The notes beneath the pieces were generated by a model. That model was not told the origin of the DNA. It saw only the letters and a list, made by a program, of their open reading frames with translations, and did not search any database. Below are positions 26,828 to 37,266 of a stretch of DNA of 64,000 nucleotides, one piece after another (the stretch's first letter is position 1; the number at the start of each line of letters is the position of its first letter). This DNA is from an uncultured Flavobacteriaceae bacterium (GTDB lineage: Bacteria; Bacteroidota; Bacteroidia; Flavobacteriales; Flavobacteriaceae): contig CALLUG010000009.1 in assembly GCA_938011315.1 (NCBI GenBank), positions 6,130 to 70,129 on the forward strand, read 5' to 3'. Both the position numbers and the translations under genes were made by a program.

Positions 26828-27634
26828 TTATCCAAAATACTCTTCCATAAAAATAGCAACACCATCCTCTTTATTACTTGCTGTAGTTTGTTTGGCAACG
26901 GCCAAAACTTCTTCCTTGGCATTAGCAACGGCAACGCCAATGCCTACGGCGTTTAGCATGTCAATATCATTATAATTATCGCCAAAAGCCAAAATATTAT
27001 TAAAGTCTAGTTTGTTGTAATGCTGCTTTAAAAGAAATGCTATTGCTGTTTTTTTAGAAATATCTTTATGAGAAATTTCTAAGTAAGTAGGCTTAGAGCG
27101 ATAGCCAATAACGTTGTTAGGAAATTCTGTTTTTAAGAACTTACTTAGGCTATCAATATGCTTTTCGTCGCCCATACACATAATTTTATGTGCTCCTTTT
27201 TGTTCTTTTGTCCATTTGCTTATTGTTTGGTTAATAGGCGCTACATGTGGATTTACTTTAGTATTATTTTGTTCCCGTTTGGCCCAATAGTCTAGTTCTG
27301 GCACAAACCACTCATCGTTATGGTATAGGCTAACGTGAGTTTTAGTGTTTTCGCAAAATTCAGAAATTTGTTTTGTTATATTGATATTAATTTCTGTACT
27401 ATGCAAAACGTTTCCATTATTAATAACTAAGCCTCCATTATAGGCAATCATTGGTAAATGCGTAATGCCTAATTCTTTTTGCAAATGCAACATAGCTTTT
27501 GGCATTCGAGAAGATATTAGTATAAATGGGATGTTTGCATTTTGTTTTATTGCAGTAATTGTACGGGGTGATAATTGTCGTTCTTTATTTAGTAACGTAC
27601 CGTCTATGTCGGAGCATATGAGTTTTATAGCCAT
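26828..27634 (-). CDS. Cof-type HAD-IIB phosphatase
   Basis: Motif I SDIDGTLL and motif IV GDNYNDIDM. 268 aa, a typical Cof subfamily size. Confidence 0.85.
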   Translation of the reverse strand: MAIKLICSDIDGTLLNKERQLSPRTITAIKQNANIPFILISSRMPKAMLHLQKELGITHLPMIAYNGGLVINNGNVLHSTEININITKQISEFCENTKTHVSLYHNDEWFVPELDYWAKREQNNTKVNPHVAPINQTISKWTKEQKGAHKIMCMGDEKHIDSLSKFLKTEFPNNVIGYRSKPTYLEISHKDISKKTAIAFLLKQHYNKLDFNNILAFGDNYNDIDMLNAVGIGVAVANAKEEVLAVAKQTTASNKEDGVAIFMEEYFG

Positions 27635-27637
27635 AAA

Positions 27638-29674
27638 TTAATTATCGTTAAGTAATCCTGATCGTTTTAATAAAGCTTCAGGCTTTGGTTCTTGACCCCT
27701 GAATCGTTTGTATAGCGCCATCGGATTTTCTGTACCACCTTTAGACAAGATATAATCTTTAAATTTAGTAGCTACAGACCTATTAAAAATACCTTCGGTT
27801 TTAAAATACTCAAAAGCATCAGCATCTAGCACTTCTGCCCACTTGTAGCTGTAATAGCCAGACGAATATCCTCCTTGGAAAATATGTGAAAAAGACGTAC
27901 TTATACAATTTGTATTAATATCGGGATATAGTGCAGCATTTTCTAGTGCGCTAAGTTCGTGTGTCTTTACGTTTGTAATTTTTGAAGGATCTTTGCTGTG
28001 CCAACTCATATCTAAAAGCCCTAAACTAACTTGACGCAATGTTTGCATACCTTGCTGGAAGCTTGCCGAATCTTTAATTTTTTTGACAAGATCCATAGGG
28101 ATAATGGCGTCTGTTTTATAATGTTTTGCAAATAAGGCTAAGGCGTCTTCTTGATAGCACCAGTTTTCGAGTATTTGGCTTGGTAGTTCTACAAAATCCC
28201 AATGCACGTTTGTACCAGATAGGCTAGGGTAGTGTGTGTTTGCTAGAATACCGTGTAGTGCATGCCCAAATTCGTGAAACAGTGTGGTAACTTCGTTAAA
28301 GGTAAGTAGCGAAGGCTTACTCTTTGTAGGTTTTGTAAAGTTACATACTATTGATATGTGTGGACGCTCGTTTGTATTGTTTTTTATGTATTGTGGCTTG
28401 TAAGAGGTCATCCACGCACCATTTCGTTTTCCTGGTCTAGGAAAAAAATCGGCATAAAAAAGGGCTACAAATTTACCATTACTATCAGTTACTTCATAAG
28501 TAAGCACATCGTCGTGATATGTATCGATGGTGTTAATTATTCTAAACTCTAAGTCAAACAATTTTTTTGCCACTTTAAAAGCTCCATCAATAACATTGTC
28601 TAGTTTAAAATAAGGTTTTAGTTTTTCATCATCGAGGCTAAATAGTTGCTGTTTTAATTTTTCAGAATAATAGGCGGCATCCCATTTTTGTAAAGTGTCA
28701 ATACCATCAAGACTTTTTGCAAAATTTTCGAGTTTTTGGTATTCGTGTCTTGCTGCTGGTGTTGCTTTTTCTAGTAAGTTATTTAAAAAATCAATAACGT
28801 TTTCTGGTGTTTCCGCCATTCGCTCTTCCAAAACGAAGTGCGAATGTGTTTTGTAGCCTAGTAAGTTAGCTCTTTGGTGGCGTAGCTTAGCAATACTTAG
28901 CACATTAGCTTCATTGTTTAGGGTATTTTTTTTGAAGCCTTTACTACCAAAGGCAAGACTCATTTTTTTGCGTAAATCTCTATTACTAGCATAGGTTACA
29001 AATGGGATATAACTAGGGTAATCTAAGGTAAATAACCAACCTTGTTTATGCTTAGATTCGGCAAGTTGTTTGGCGGCTTCTTTTGCGCCATCGGGTAGCC
29101 CTAGAAGGTCACTCTCGTTAGTAATGAGCATTTCAAACTGATTTGTTTCTGCTAACACATTTTCTCCAAAGGTAAGTTGTAATAGGCTTATTTGCTTATC
29201 GATATCTCTGAGCTTCGTTTTGTCTTGTTCGTTTAAATTAGCACCATTTCTAGAAAATCCTTTATAGCGTTTATCTAGTAACGTAGTTTGTTCTGGGCTT
29301 AGGTTTAGATTATGTTTGGAGTTGTAAACAGCTTTGACACGTTTAAATAATGCGATGTTTAATGTAATATCATTACCAAATTCCGATAAAAGTGGGGATA
29401 CTTCTTGAGCTATTTTTTGAATTTCAGCATTAGTTTCGGCAGAGTTTAAATTAAAAAAAAGACTTGATATTCTACCTAATTGCGCTCCCGAAAAGTCTAA
29501 GGCTTCAATCGTATTTTCAAAAGTAGGGCTGTCCGTATTGTTTATAATTGTATCTATTTCCGCTTTAGCATTTTCTATAGCTTTTTTGAATGCAGGTAAA
29601 AATGCGTTGGTTTTTATTTTAGAAAACGGTGCGCTGTTGTAGGGCGTGGTAAAAGGCGTGTTTAAAATAGTCAT
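27638..29674 (-). CDS. dcp: M3-family zinc metallopeptidase (peptidyl-dipeptidase Dcp / oligopeptidase A-like)
   Basis: HEFGH zinc motif (LFHEFGHALH) and M3 architecture. The ORF-track start at 29698 is a TTG; the first ATG is at 29674. Confidence 0.85.
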   Translation of the reverse strand: MTILNTPFTTPYNSAPFSKIKTNAFLPAFKKAIENAKAEIDTIINNTDSPTFENTIEALDFSGAQLGRISSLFFNLNSAETNAEIQKIAQEVSPLLSEFGNDITLNIALFKRVKAVYNSKHNLNLSPEQTTLLDKRYKGFSRNGANLNEQDKTKLRDIDKQISLLQLTFGENVLAETNQFEMLITNESDLLGLPDGAKEAAKQLAESKHKQGWLFTLDYPSYIPFVTYASNRDLRKKMSLAFGSKGFKKNTLNNEANVLSIAKLRHQRANLLGYKTHSHFVLEERMAETPENVIDFLNNLLEKATPAARHEYQKLENFAKSLDGIDTLQKWDAAYYSEKLKQQLFSLDDEKLKPYFKLDNVIDGAFKVAKKLFDLEFRIINTIDTYHDDVLTYEVTDSNGKFVALFYADFFPRPGKRNGAWMTSYKPQYIKNNTNERPHISIVCNFTKPTKSKPSLLTFNEVTTLFHEFGHALHGILANTHYPSLSGTNVHWDFVELPSQILENWCYQEDALALFAKHYKTDAIIPMDLVKKIKDSASFQQGMQTLRQVSLGLLDMSWHSKDPSKITNVKTHELSALENAALYPDINTNCISTSFSHIFQGGYSSGYYSYKWAEVLDADAFEYFKTEGIFNRSVATKFKDYILSKGGTENPMALYKRFRGQEPKPEALLKRSGLLNDN

Positions 29675-29709
29675 AAGTCCAAATGTATTAGTGTTCAAAT
29701 AAGTGCAAT

Positions 29710-30195
29710 TTAATTTTGAATTGATTTTGAAGCGTTTAGCACTTTTGTTTTCAAATCGTCTTTATAGTTTATTATTTGCTCTAGTACTGCTTGGTTGGTT
29801 GCTCCTATAATTTGAGCTGCTAATATACCTGCATTTTTAGCTCCATTTAGGGCTACTGTAGCAACGGGAACCCCTCCGGGCATTTGTAAAATAGAGAGTA
29901 TAGAGTCCCAACCATCTATAGAATTGCTAGACTTTACGGGTACCCCAATAACGGGCAGTGGTGATAGTGATGCAATCATACCAGGCAAATGCGCAGCGCC
30001 TCCTGCACCTGCAATAATAACATTAAAACCTCTTTTATGTGCGTTAGTGCCGTAATCGAATAGTTTTTCTGGTGTGCGGTGCGCAGATACAATATCGACT
30101 TCGGTAGTGATATTAAACTGGGTTAAAATATCGATGGCATCTTGCATTACAGGAAGGTCGCTAGTGCTTCCCATAATAATTGCTACTTTACTCAT
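29710..30195 (-). CDS. purE: N5-carboxyaminoimidazole ribonucleotide mutase
   Basis: IIMGSTSDL and AGAGGAAHLPGM motifs. The ATG at 30195 is preferred; the ORF-track start at 30213 is a TTG. Confidence 0.9.
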   Translation of the reverse strand: MSKVAIIMGSTSDLPVMQDAIDILTQFNITTEVDIVSAHRTPEKLFDYGTNAHKRGFNVIIAGAGGAAHLPGMIASLSPLPVIGVPVKSSNSIDGWDSILSILQMPGGVPVATVALNGAKNAGILAAQIIGATNQAVLEQIINYKDDLKTKVLNASKSIQN

Positions 30196-30230
30196 AATTT
30201 TAGTTTTATACAATTCATTTAAAAAAAATA

Positions 30231-31385
30231 TTACTCGCTTATAACTTTAATGGTGTTCTTAACCTGTTCGGCAATTTGCCTTGCTTTGCTTATATCTTGG
30301 TTAACAATGGTGACGTGTCCCATTTTTCGGAATGGTCGAGTTTGCTTTTTACCATATATATGTGGGGAAACGCCTTCCATACTCAAAATGTGTTCTATAT
30401 TTTTATAGCTAACATTTCCTGAATAGCCTTCTGCACCAACTAAGTTGACCATAATTCCAGCAATTTTACTTTCAGTTTTTCCTAGAGGTAAATTTAAAAT
30501 CGCTCTAATGTGCTGTTCAAACTGTGAAGTGTAACTACTCTCAATAGTATGATGCCCAGAGTTGTGAGGTCTTGGAGCAACTTCATTTACTAAAATAGCG
30601 TCTGTTTTAGTTTGAAACATTTCGACAGCTAAAAGCCCAACATGGTTAAATGCCTTAGAGACACTTAGGGCAATGCTTTCTGCTTTTTTTGCAACAGCAT
30701 CGCTTATCCTTGCGGGGCAAACAACATATTCTACTTGGTTTGCTTCAGGATGAAATTCCATTTCTACAACAGGATATGTTTTTACGTCTCCATTAGCGTT
30801 TCTAGATACAATAACTGCAAGTTCATTTTTAAAAGGGATTAGCTCTTCTGTAATACACTCTACATTAGGGAGTTGTTTTAGGTCTTGATTGGATTTAACA
30901 ATTTTCACTCCTGTACCATCATAACCAAACTTGGCTGCTTTCCAAACAAAGGGAAAATTTAAAGTGCCTTTTTGTATGGCATCCTGTATGTCTTCTGTTA
31001 GTTTATAACAGAAAAAAGCTGCTGTAGGCAATTCGTTTTCTTGATAAAACCGTTTTTGTCTGGCTTTATTTTGTATTGTATGCAATGTGCTTGCCGACGG
31101 ATATACAATAGTCCCTTCTTGCTCTAGTTTTTTGAGAGCGTTTACATTTACATTTTCTATTTCAATGGTTAAAAGATTTACTGTTTTTCCAAAATTATAC
31201 ACCGTATCAAAGTCCATTAGATCACCCTTAGTAAATGTGTTGCAAGCAATTTTGCAAGGCGCATCATTATTAGGATCCAAAACAGAAGTATGGATATCGA
31301 GTTTGCGTGTTTCGGTAAGTAGCATTTTACCTAACTGCCCTCCACCTAATATCCCTAATTTAAAATTAGAAGAAAAATAATTCAT
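30231..31385 (-). CDS. purK: N5-carboxyaminoimidazole ribonucleotide synthase (ATP-grasp)
   Basis: N-terminal LGILGGGQLGKM and ATP-grasp core, adjacent to purE. The ATG at 31385 (MNYFSSNFKLG) is preferred over 31427. Confidence 0.9.
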   Translation of the reverse strand: MNYFSSNFKLGILGGGQLGKMLLTETRKLDIHTSVLDPNNDAPCKIACNTFTKGDLMDFDTVYNFGKTVNLLTIEIENVNVNALKKLEQEGTIVYPSASTLHTIQNKARQKRFYQENELPTAAFFCYKLTEDIQDAIQKGTLNFPFVWKAAKFGYDGTGVKIVKSNQDLKQLPNVECITEELIPFKNELAVIVSRNANGDVKTYPVVEMEFHPEANQVEYVVCPARISDAVAKKAESIALSVSKAFNHVGLLAVEMFQTKTDAILVNEVAPRPHNSGHHTIESSYTSQFEQHIRAILNLPLGKTESKIAGIMVNLVGAEGYSGNVSYKNIEHILSMEGVSPHIYGKKQTRPFRKMGHVTIVNQDISKARQIAEQVKNTIKVISE

Positions 31386-31592
31386 TTTAAATGCTCTAAA
31401 TTTATCATTAATAAGACAAAAATACACTTAAATATTGAATGGTATCACAAAATCCTAAATCAAAAAAATCAGAATAGCTGTTCAATTGGTTATCTTTGTG
31501 CCTTTATAAAAAGCGTAAGGGATTGAACTCTATTAATTAGTGTACTGTAAGTGATTTCCTTAAATTTAGTAGTAATAATATAGCGATCATAA

Positions 31593-32165
31593 ATGACAAA
31601 TTTAGTTTTATTTGGCCCTCCAGGTGCAGGCAAAGGAACACAGGCCGAATTTTTGAAAAAAAAATACAATTTAGTACACATCTCTACAGGCGATGTGTTT
31701 AGACACAATATAAAGAACCAAACACCACTAGGAACTTTAGCCAAATCCTATATAGATAAAGGAGATTTAGTTCCAGATGAGCTTACCATAAAACTGCTAA
31801 ATGCTGAGGTTGACAAAACCCCCACAGCAAAAGGATTTATTTTTGATGGTTTTCCGCGTACTCATGCTCAGGCCGATGCTTTGGCAGGTTTAATGCAATC
31901 TAAGAATTCAGAAATCACAGCAATGATAGCCTTAGAGGTTGAAGATGAAATTTTAATAAACCGATTGTTGGAAAGAGGAAAAACTAGCGGACGTACCGAT
32001 GATGCAGACACTTCAATAATAAAAAACAGAATAACAGAATACTACAATAAAACTGCTATTTTAAAGGACTATTACACTGCGCAAAACAAATATTACGGAG
32101 TTAATGGTGTGGGGAGTATTGAAGAAATTACCATACGCCTAAGCAGTGTTATTGAAGGTTTGTAA
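31593..32165 (+). CDS. adk: adenylate kinase (short-lid form)
   Basis: P-loop GPPGAGKGTQ, then DGFPRT and RTDD motifs. 190 aa. Confidence 0.95.
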   Translation: MTNLVLFGPPGAGKGTQAEFLKKKYNLVHISTGDVFRHNIKNQTPLGTLAKSYIDKGDLVPDELTIKLLNAEVDKTPTAKGFIFDGFPRTHAQADALAGLMQSKNSEITAMIALEVEDEILINRLLERGKTSGRTDDADTSIIKNRITEYYNKTAILKDYYTAQNKYYGVNGVGSIEEITIRLSSVIEGL

Positions 32166-32213
32166 GGGAGGTTATACGGAGTGAAATTTCCTAAAATTAA
32201 AGGATAACAAATT

Positions 32214-33212
32214 ATGACAGAGGGCAATTTTGTAGATTATGTAAAGGCCTATGTCGCCTCTGGAAAAGGCGGTCGAGGCTCTGTACATTTACATCGCGAA
32301 AAATATATTACAAAAGGAGGTCCCGATGGCGGCGATGGCGGTAGAGGTGGTCATGTTATCATTAAAGGGAACACCAATCATTGGACACTTTACCATCTTA
32401 AATTTAAAAAACATTTTAGGGCAGGACATGGAGGCGATGGGAGTAAGAGCAGAAGTTCCGGCGCCGATGGCGAAGATGTTTATGTGCAAGTGCCTCTGGG
32501 AACCGTTATTAGAGACTCCGAAACTAACGAGATTATTTCTGAAATCACAGAAAATGGACAAGAGTTTATTATTTGTCAAGGTGGAAAAGGAGGCTTAGGG
32601 AACTGGCATTTTAAAAGTTCGACCAACCAAACGCCACGCTATGCACAGCCAGGCTTACCAATGCAAGAACGTTATATTACCCTAGAGCTTAAAGTACTTG
32701 CAGATGTTGGTTTAGTGGGATTCCCTAATGCAGGAAAATCTACATTACTATCTGTAATTACCTCTGCAAAACCTAAAATTGCCGATTATGAGTTTACAAC
32801 CTTAAAGCCTAACCTTGGTATTGTAGCATATCGTGATTTCCAAACATTTGTAATGGCAGACATTCCTGGAATTATAGAAGGTGCTGCAGAGGGCAAGGGC
32901 TTAGGACATTATTTCTTACGTCATATTGAACGAAACTCAACTTTATTGTTCATGATTCCTGCAGATGCAGATGATATAAAAAAGCAATTTGACATTTTGT
33001 TAGACGAACTCCGTCGTTATAATCCAGAAATGCTAGATAAAGATAAGTTAATTGCTATTACAAAAAGCGATATGCTAGATCAGGAATTAGAAACAGAGCT
33101 AAAAACAGAATTGGATAATGTCCTTCCTGTAGACTATGTTTTTATTTCTTCTATAACGCAAAAAGGAATTATAATGCTTAAAGACAAGCTCTGGAGAATG
33201 CTTAATAATTAA
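32214..33212 (+). CDS. obg: GTPase Obg/CgtA
   Basis: Gly-rich Obg fold ([16 protein letters not shown]). G1 is [10 protein letters not shown]3 is DIPG, G4 is TKSD. Confidence 0.95.
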   Translation: MTEGNFVDYVKAYVASGKGGRGSVHLHREKYITKGGPDGGDGGRGGHVIIKGNTNHWTLYHLKFKKHFRAGHGGDGSKSRSSGADGEDVYVQVPLGTVIRDSETNEIISEITENGQEFIICQGGKGGLGNWHFKSSTNQTPRYAQPGLPMQERYITLELKVLADVGLVGFPNAGKSTLLSVITSAKPKIADYEFTTLKPNLGIVAYRDFQTFVMADIPGIIEGAAEGKGLGHYFLRHIERNSTLLFMIPADADDIKKQFDILLDELRRYNPEMLDKDKLIAITKSDMLDQELETELKTELDNVLPVDYVFISSITQKGIIMLKDKLWRMLNN

Positions 33213-33264
33213 TTGTGTTAAGCCAAATATTACACTAATTGGTATGACACATAGCATAGAGATC

Positions 33265-33299
33265 AAAAAAAAACTGCTTTTGTGAGCAGTCTTTTTTTT
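33265..33299. terminator. bidirectional intrinsic terminator between the convergent obg and 33318-33740 genes
   Basis: A-run, then stem actgct / agcagt (33273-33278 / 33285-33290, loop tttgtg), then a T-run at 33292-33299. Confidence 0.6.
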
Positions 33300-33317
33300 A
33301 GCCATTACTGACAATAG

Positions 33318-33740
33318 TTATTCTTCTTCATCATTAGTTTTTTCGTCGTCTTTTAAAAGCTCTAATAAATTATTTTTTTGTAGTAAATTATACCAACGGA
33401 TTATTTTTTTTATATCACTTGGGTACACACGATCTTCATCATAATCTGGCAAGATATCAAGAAAATAACGTTCTAATTTGTCTTTACTCTCTTTATGGCT
33501 TATAGAGGTACTGTTACCGTTTTCTTTGGTTTTAATGTGTTGTAATACTTTTTTTAAAGGAACTTCTTCATTAAGAGTATAAATAGCAATTTCACTTAAA
33601 ACACTTATATTACTTCTTAGATTTGCTGAAATACGCTTTCCGTCTAATAAGCTTTCGGCAATAAAACCACCTTTAGTTTGCGTTATTAATTTATATAATC
33701 CTGGTTTTTCAGAAATCGCTATAATTTTATCTAAGCTCAT
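33318..33740 (-). CDS. conserved Bacteroidota hypothetical protein (DUF5606-like) with an acidic tail
   Basis: 140 aa with N-terminal ISEKPGLYKL...KGGFIAESL, recalled from proteins upstream of def in Bacteroidota. Assigned from memory, not searched. Confidence 0.5.
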   Translation of the reverse strand: MSLDKIIAISEKPGLYKLITQTKGGFIAESLLDGKRISANLRSNISVLSEIAIYTLNEEVPLKKVLQHIKTKENGNSTSISHKESKDKLERYFLDILPDYDEDRVYPSDIKKIIRWYNLLQKNNLLELLKDDEKTNDEEE

Positions 33741-33793
33741 TGTTTTTATTTTTGAAGTCGCAAATATATTGTTTTCGCTTTGTTTTCAAAATA

Positions 33794-34384
33794 TTATCGT
33801 TTCTTTTTTAAAACAGGAAACCTCATTTTATAATCGATATTTATATTTCCTTTAGCAATATTTAGGAGTTTACCTTTAATAAGTTGTTTCTTAAAAGTAG
33901 AAAGTTTATCTGTAAACAAAATGCCTTCAATATGATCGTATTCATGCTGTATAACTCGTGCTAATAGACCACTAAAAGATTTGGTATGCGTATTAAATGC
34001 TTCGTCTTGATACTGAATAGTAATATGTGATTTTCTAAAAACGTCTTCTCGTACATTAGGAATGCTCAAACAACCTTCATTAAAAGCCCATTCTTCACCT
34101 ACTTCCTCTATAATTTTGGCGTTAATAAAGGTTTGTTTAAAGGATTTTAATGTTGCTTGTTCATCTTCAGACAGAGTGTCGTCCTCAGCAAAGGGAGAGG
34201 CATCCACCAAAAACACACGAATAGGTAGTCCTATTTGTGGCGCTGCCAAGCCTACACCTTGGGCATTGTACATGGTTTCATACATATTACTAATTAATTC
34301 CTTAAAGTTAGGATATTCGGCATCAATAGGTTTAGCCACTTTTTTGAGTACTGGACTCCCGTAAGCTGTAATTGGTAAAATCAT
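33794..34384 (-). CDS. def: peptide deformylase
   Basis: All three PDF motifs are present: GVGLAAPQIG, EGCLSIP, HEYDHIEG. Confidence 0.9.
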   Translation of the reverse strand: MILPITAYGSPVLKKVAKPIDAEYPNFKELISNMYETMYNAQGVGLAAPQIGLPIRVFLVDASPFAEDDTLSEDEQATLKSFKQTFINAKIIEEVGEEWAFNEGCLSIPNVREDVFRKSHITIQYQDEAFNTHTKSFSGLLARVIQHEYDHIEGILFTDKLSTFKKQLIKGKLLNIAKGNINIDYKMRFPVLKKKR

Positions 34385-34447
34385 TTCAAAAATTTAAGGT
34401 ACAAAAATACAATACTTTGTATGTATGCTGTCCAAAATTAAAAAAAA

Positions 34448-34858
34448 CTATTTGTGGTATAAATAGCTCTGCAGTATAATAACAGCACTAATCTCATCGA
34501 CTAAAGCTTTGTTTTTGCGTTGTTGCTTTTTTAAACCGCTGTCTATCATGGTTTGAAATGCCAGTTTAGAGGTAAAACGCTCATCGACTCGCTGTACAGG
34601 TATTTTGGGAAACTTGAGGTTCAGTTTTTTTAAAAAAGGTTGTATTAAGGCTTCACTTTTAGAGGGCTTATTGTTCATTTGTTTTGGCTCTCCTACCAAA
34701 AATAAAGAAACAGTTTCTGTTGCTATATAGCGCTCTAGGTAGGTTAAAAGCTCTGTGGTTGCTACCGTAGTTAACCCAGATGCAATAATTTGCATTGGAT
34801 CTGTAATTGCCAAGCCAGTACGTTTTAGACCATAGTCTATTGCTAAAATTCGAGCCAT
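34448..34858 (-). CDS. ruvX: Holliday-junction-resolvase-like nuclease RuvX/YqgF
   Basis: 136 aa with ILAIDYGLKRTGLA at the N-terminus and VDERFTS. Confidence 0.9.
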   Translation of the reverse strand: MARILAIDYGLKRTGLAITDPMQIIASGLTTVATTELLTYLERYIATETVSLFLVGEPKQMNNKPSKSEALIQPFLKKLNLKFPKIPVQRVDERFTSKLAFQTMIDSGLKKQQRKNKALVDEISAVIILQSYLYHK

Positions 34859-34937
34859 TGTAATTTTTTACAAAAATAGAATAATGAAATTTAAGGATTA
34901 AAAATAGAGCCTTATATTTGTGAGAAATTTAGACATC

Positions 34938-35753
34938 ATGAACGATTTACAGCACATTATACAAGATGCTTGGGAGGATAGGACTTTATTGTCCCAAACT
35001 AAAGTTATAAATAGCATTCGTAAAGTAATTTCTTTGTTAGATACAGGTCAGTTACGAGTTGCAGAACCTAGTGCTAGTGGATGGCAGGTAAATGAATGGG
35101 TAAAAAAAGCGGTGGTTTTGTATTTTCCTATTCAGAAAATGAAAACCTTAGAGGCAGGGATTTTTGAGTATCATGATAAAATTCCCTTAAAAGAAGGCTA
35201 TGCGAGTAAAGAAATTCGTGTTGTACCCAATGCTGTAGCACGACATGGTGCTTATATTGCTAAGGGTACTATTTTAATGCCTAGTTATGTTAATATTGGT
35301 GCTTATGTAGATGAAGGTACTATGGTCGATACGTGGGCAACCGTTGGTAGTTGTGCACAGATAGGAAAAAATGTACACCTTTCTGGTGGCGTTGGTATTG
35401 GTGGTGTTTTAGAACCCTTACAAGCAGCTCCAGTAATTATTGAAGATGCTGCATTTATAGGCTCCAGATGTATTGTTGTAGAGGGGGTGCGTGTAGAAAA
35501 AGAGGCCGTACTAGGCGCAAATGTTGTACTAACAATGAGTACCAAAATAATAGACGTTACTGGCGATAAGCCAGTAGAAACAAAAGGCGTTATCCCAGCG
35601 CGCTCAGTAGTTATTCCTGGAAGCTATACAAAACAATTTCCTGCAGGCAACTACAACGTGCCTTGTGCCTTGATTATAGGACAACGAAAAGAGAGTACCG
35701 ATAAAAAAACATCGCTTAATGATGCTTTAAGAACTTATAATGTAGCGGTATAG
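34938..35753 (+). CDS. dapD: 2,3,4,5-tetrahydropyridine-2,6-dicarboxylate N-succinyltransferase
   Basis: N-terminal helical domain plus hexapeptide LbH repeats (GAYVDEGTMVDTWATVGSCAQIGKNVHLSGGVGIGG). The ATG at 34938 is preferred over the ORF-track GTG at 34920. Confidence 0.85.
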   Translation: MNDLQHIIQDAWEDRTLLSQTKVINSIRKVISLLDTGQLRVAEPSASGWQVNEWVKKAVVLYFPIQKMKTLEAGIFEYHDKIPLKEGYASKEIRVVPNAVARHGAYIAKGTILMPSYVNIGAYVDEGTMVDTWATVGSCAQIGKNVHLSGGVGIGGVLEPLQAAPVIIEDAAFIGSRCIVVEGVRVEKEAVLGANVVLTMSTKIIDVTGDKPVETKGVIPARSVVIPGSYTKQFPAGNYNVPCALIIGQRKESTDKKTSLNDALRTYNVAV

Positions 35754-35870
35754 TTTAGTTTAAAACAACCCAAATATATAGTTAGCATAAATGGTATGCT
35801 ATTAAACCTTGTCTTTGTTTTAAGCGTACGTAATAAACGTAATGCTATAGTTTAAAATGCAGGTTAAATT

Positions 35871-36461
35871 TTAAAATCGTGAATCTAACCACTCCTTATG
35901 TTTATCCATAGCGTATAACTTCTTTTTTAAAAAAATTTTATTTATTTTTCTTTTTGTAAAAAAAGAAAACCACTCAACCAAAGGAACAAAATCTCTATGT
36001 CCTACGCCATCGACAATAATTAAGCGTACAGATTTGTTATTCAATACTTTGCAGCAAATATTTTTCCCCATTAAATCCCTAACTATTACTTTATGTTTTA
36101 TTAGTTGTGCTTTTAGTTTTTTTAATTCAGTACTAAATACATCGTTAGAAAAAGGAGAGCAATCCATTTTTAAGTAATCATATAATGTTAAAGAAACATT
36201 ATGCGTTGTTTCATCTCTTACCAAATCGTATGAAGAGGCTATCCCTAAGTTTGTTTCTGTTTCACCGTGATATTTTGCAATAAAAGAAAGGTCTGCTTTT
36301 TTTTGAATTTTTTTGTAGTAGTTAATTTCTCTATTAACACGAGGATCTTGGTGATGCTTATCTATTTTTATTTTTAAACATATGTCATTGTTGTTGGGAT
36401 GAACGTAACATTTTTGAAATGTTCCCTTTCCTATATAATGCTTGTCTTCAATTTGAATCAT
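35871..36461 (-). CDS. YrbL-family (PhoP-regulatory-network protein YrbL-like) kinase-fold protein, paralogue 1
   Basis: 196 aa and collinear with E. coli YrbL as I recall it (IGKGTFQKCYVHPNNNDICLKI; REINYYKKI; YHGETETNLG..YDLVRD). Kinase-like elements are RDLMGKN and IIVDGVGH. Confidence 0.6.
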   Translation of the reverse strand: MIQIEDKHYIGKGTFQKCYVHPNNNDICLKIKIDKHHQDPRVNREINYYKKIQKKADLSFIAKYHGETETNLGIASSYDLVRDETTHNVSLTLYDYLKMDCSPFSNDVFSTELKKLKAQLIKHKVIVRDLMGKNICCKVLNNKSVRLIIVDGVGHRDFVPLVEWFSFFTKRKINKIFLKKKLYAMDKHKEWLDSRF

Positions 36462-36559
36462 ATATCCTTATCATTAAATAACTGTATAAAGGTACAGTTA
36501 ATTATTAGGTGTTTTGGGTTTAGTGTATAATATAACTACGGTAGTTTTAAGGAAATTTA

Positions 36560-37153
36560 CTAAGTTGCTTTATAAAATATATCATTGTTTTTCAGGCTAT
36601 TAGAATGCCATTTTTTAAACGAACGGTTTACTTTTACTTTTGAAAAACATTTTAAAAAATCTGCTACAGGAATAAAATCTCTATGGCCTATACCATCTAT
36701 AATAATAATTTCAATAGTACCATTTTTATAGAGTTTACAACATAAATTTCTAGCTCTGAGGTCTCGAGTAAAAACCTTATGCGTTATCATCTGATGTTTT
36801 AATTTCAATACTGCAGATTCAATAACTTGATTAGTTAAGGTTGGAGTGCTTTGTTTAAGATAATATTCCAATGTTTTAGACACATTTCCGGTAGTTTCAT
36901 CTCTTATTAAGTCAAACATCTGACCTTGCCCAAGATTTGTTTTAACTTCTCCTCTAAAGTTAGCATAAAAAGAGGCTTTAATAAGGCGCTTCTTTTTAGC
37001 TATTTTTTTAAGATATAAAATCTCTTTACTAGCATAAGCATTATCAATTTCGGGTTTAAGTATTTTAATACATAAATTGGGTCGTGTTGGGTGTTCATAA
37101 CAGGTTCTAATATCTCCTTGCCCAATATACTTATTACAATCAATCTCTATCAT
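36560..37153 (-). CDS. YrbL-family kinase-fold protein, paralogue 2
   Basis: 197 aa with the same architecture as paralogue 1 (IGQGDIRTCYEHPTRPNLCIKI; KEILYLKKI; FRGEVKTNLG..FDLIRD; RDLRARN; IIIDGIGH). By eye the two are roughly 40% identical. Confidence 0.6.
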   Translation of the reverse strand: MIEIDCNKYIGQGDIRTCYEHPTRPNLCIKILKPEIDNAYASKEILYLKKIAKKKRLIKASFYANFRGEVKTNLGQGQMFDLIRDETTGNVSKTLEYYLKQSTPTLTNQVIESAVLKLKHQMITHKVFTRDLRARNLCCKLYKNGTIEIIIIDGIGHRDFIPVADFLKCFSKVKVNRSFKKWHSNSLKNNDIFYKAT

Positions 37154-37236
37154 TTTACAAAAGTATATAACTTAGCATTATAAGTAAAAACTATTTTTTA
37201 CCACTAAAACAGTTTTTTTTACAAAGCTAATAGCCA

Positions 37237-37244
37237 TACCTTTG
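37237..37244 (+). promoter_or_regulatory. candidate -7 promoter box (TACCTTTG) for the LicC-like/TagF-like/GT2 operon
   Basis: Matches TAnnTTTG, 22 nt upstream of ATG 37267. Confidence 0.3.
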
Positions 37245-37266
37245 AAGTTTTAAGATACCTTACAAA

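Noticed and set aside
31386-31592. Possible purine riboswitch or other leader element in the purK/adk divergent region
   Set aside because: I saw no purine-riboswitch-like conserved junction sequence. There is only a TATCTTTG box (31491-31498) facing adk and weak 4-bp pairings.
32251-32598. 115-aa (+) and 96-aa (-) ORFs overlapping the 5' part of obg
   Set aside because: These are alternative-frame and antisense shadows of the Gly-rich Obg fold region. The products are low-complexity, and the obg frame is unambiguous.
33099-33314. 71-aa minus-strand ORF spanning the obg 3' end and the intergenic terminator
   Set aside because: It overlaps obg coding sequence and runs through the bidirectional terminator hairpin. 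The product is implausible.
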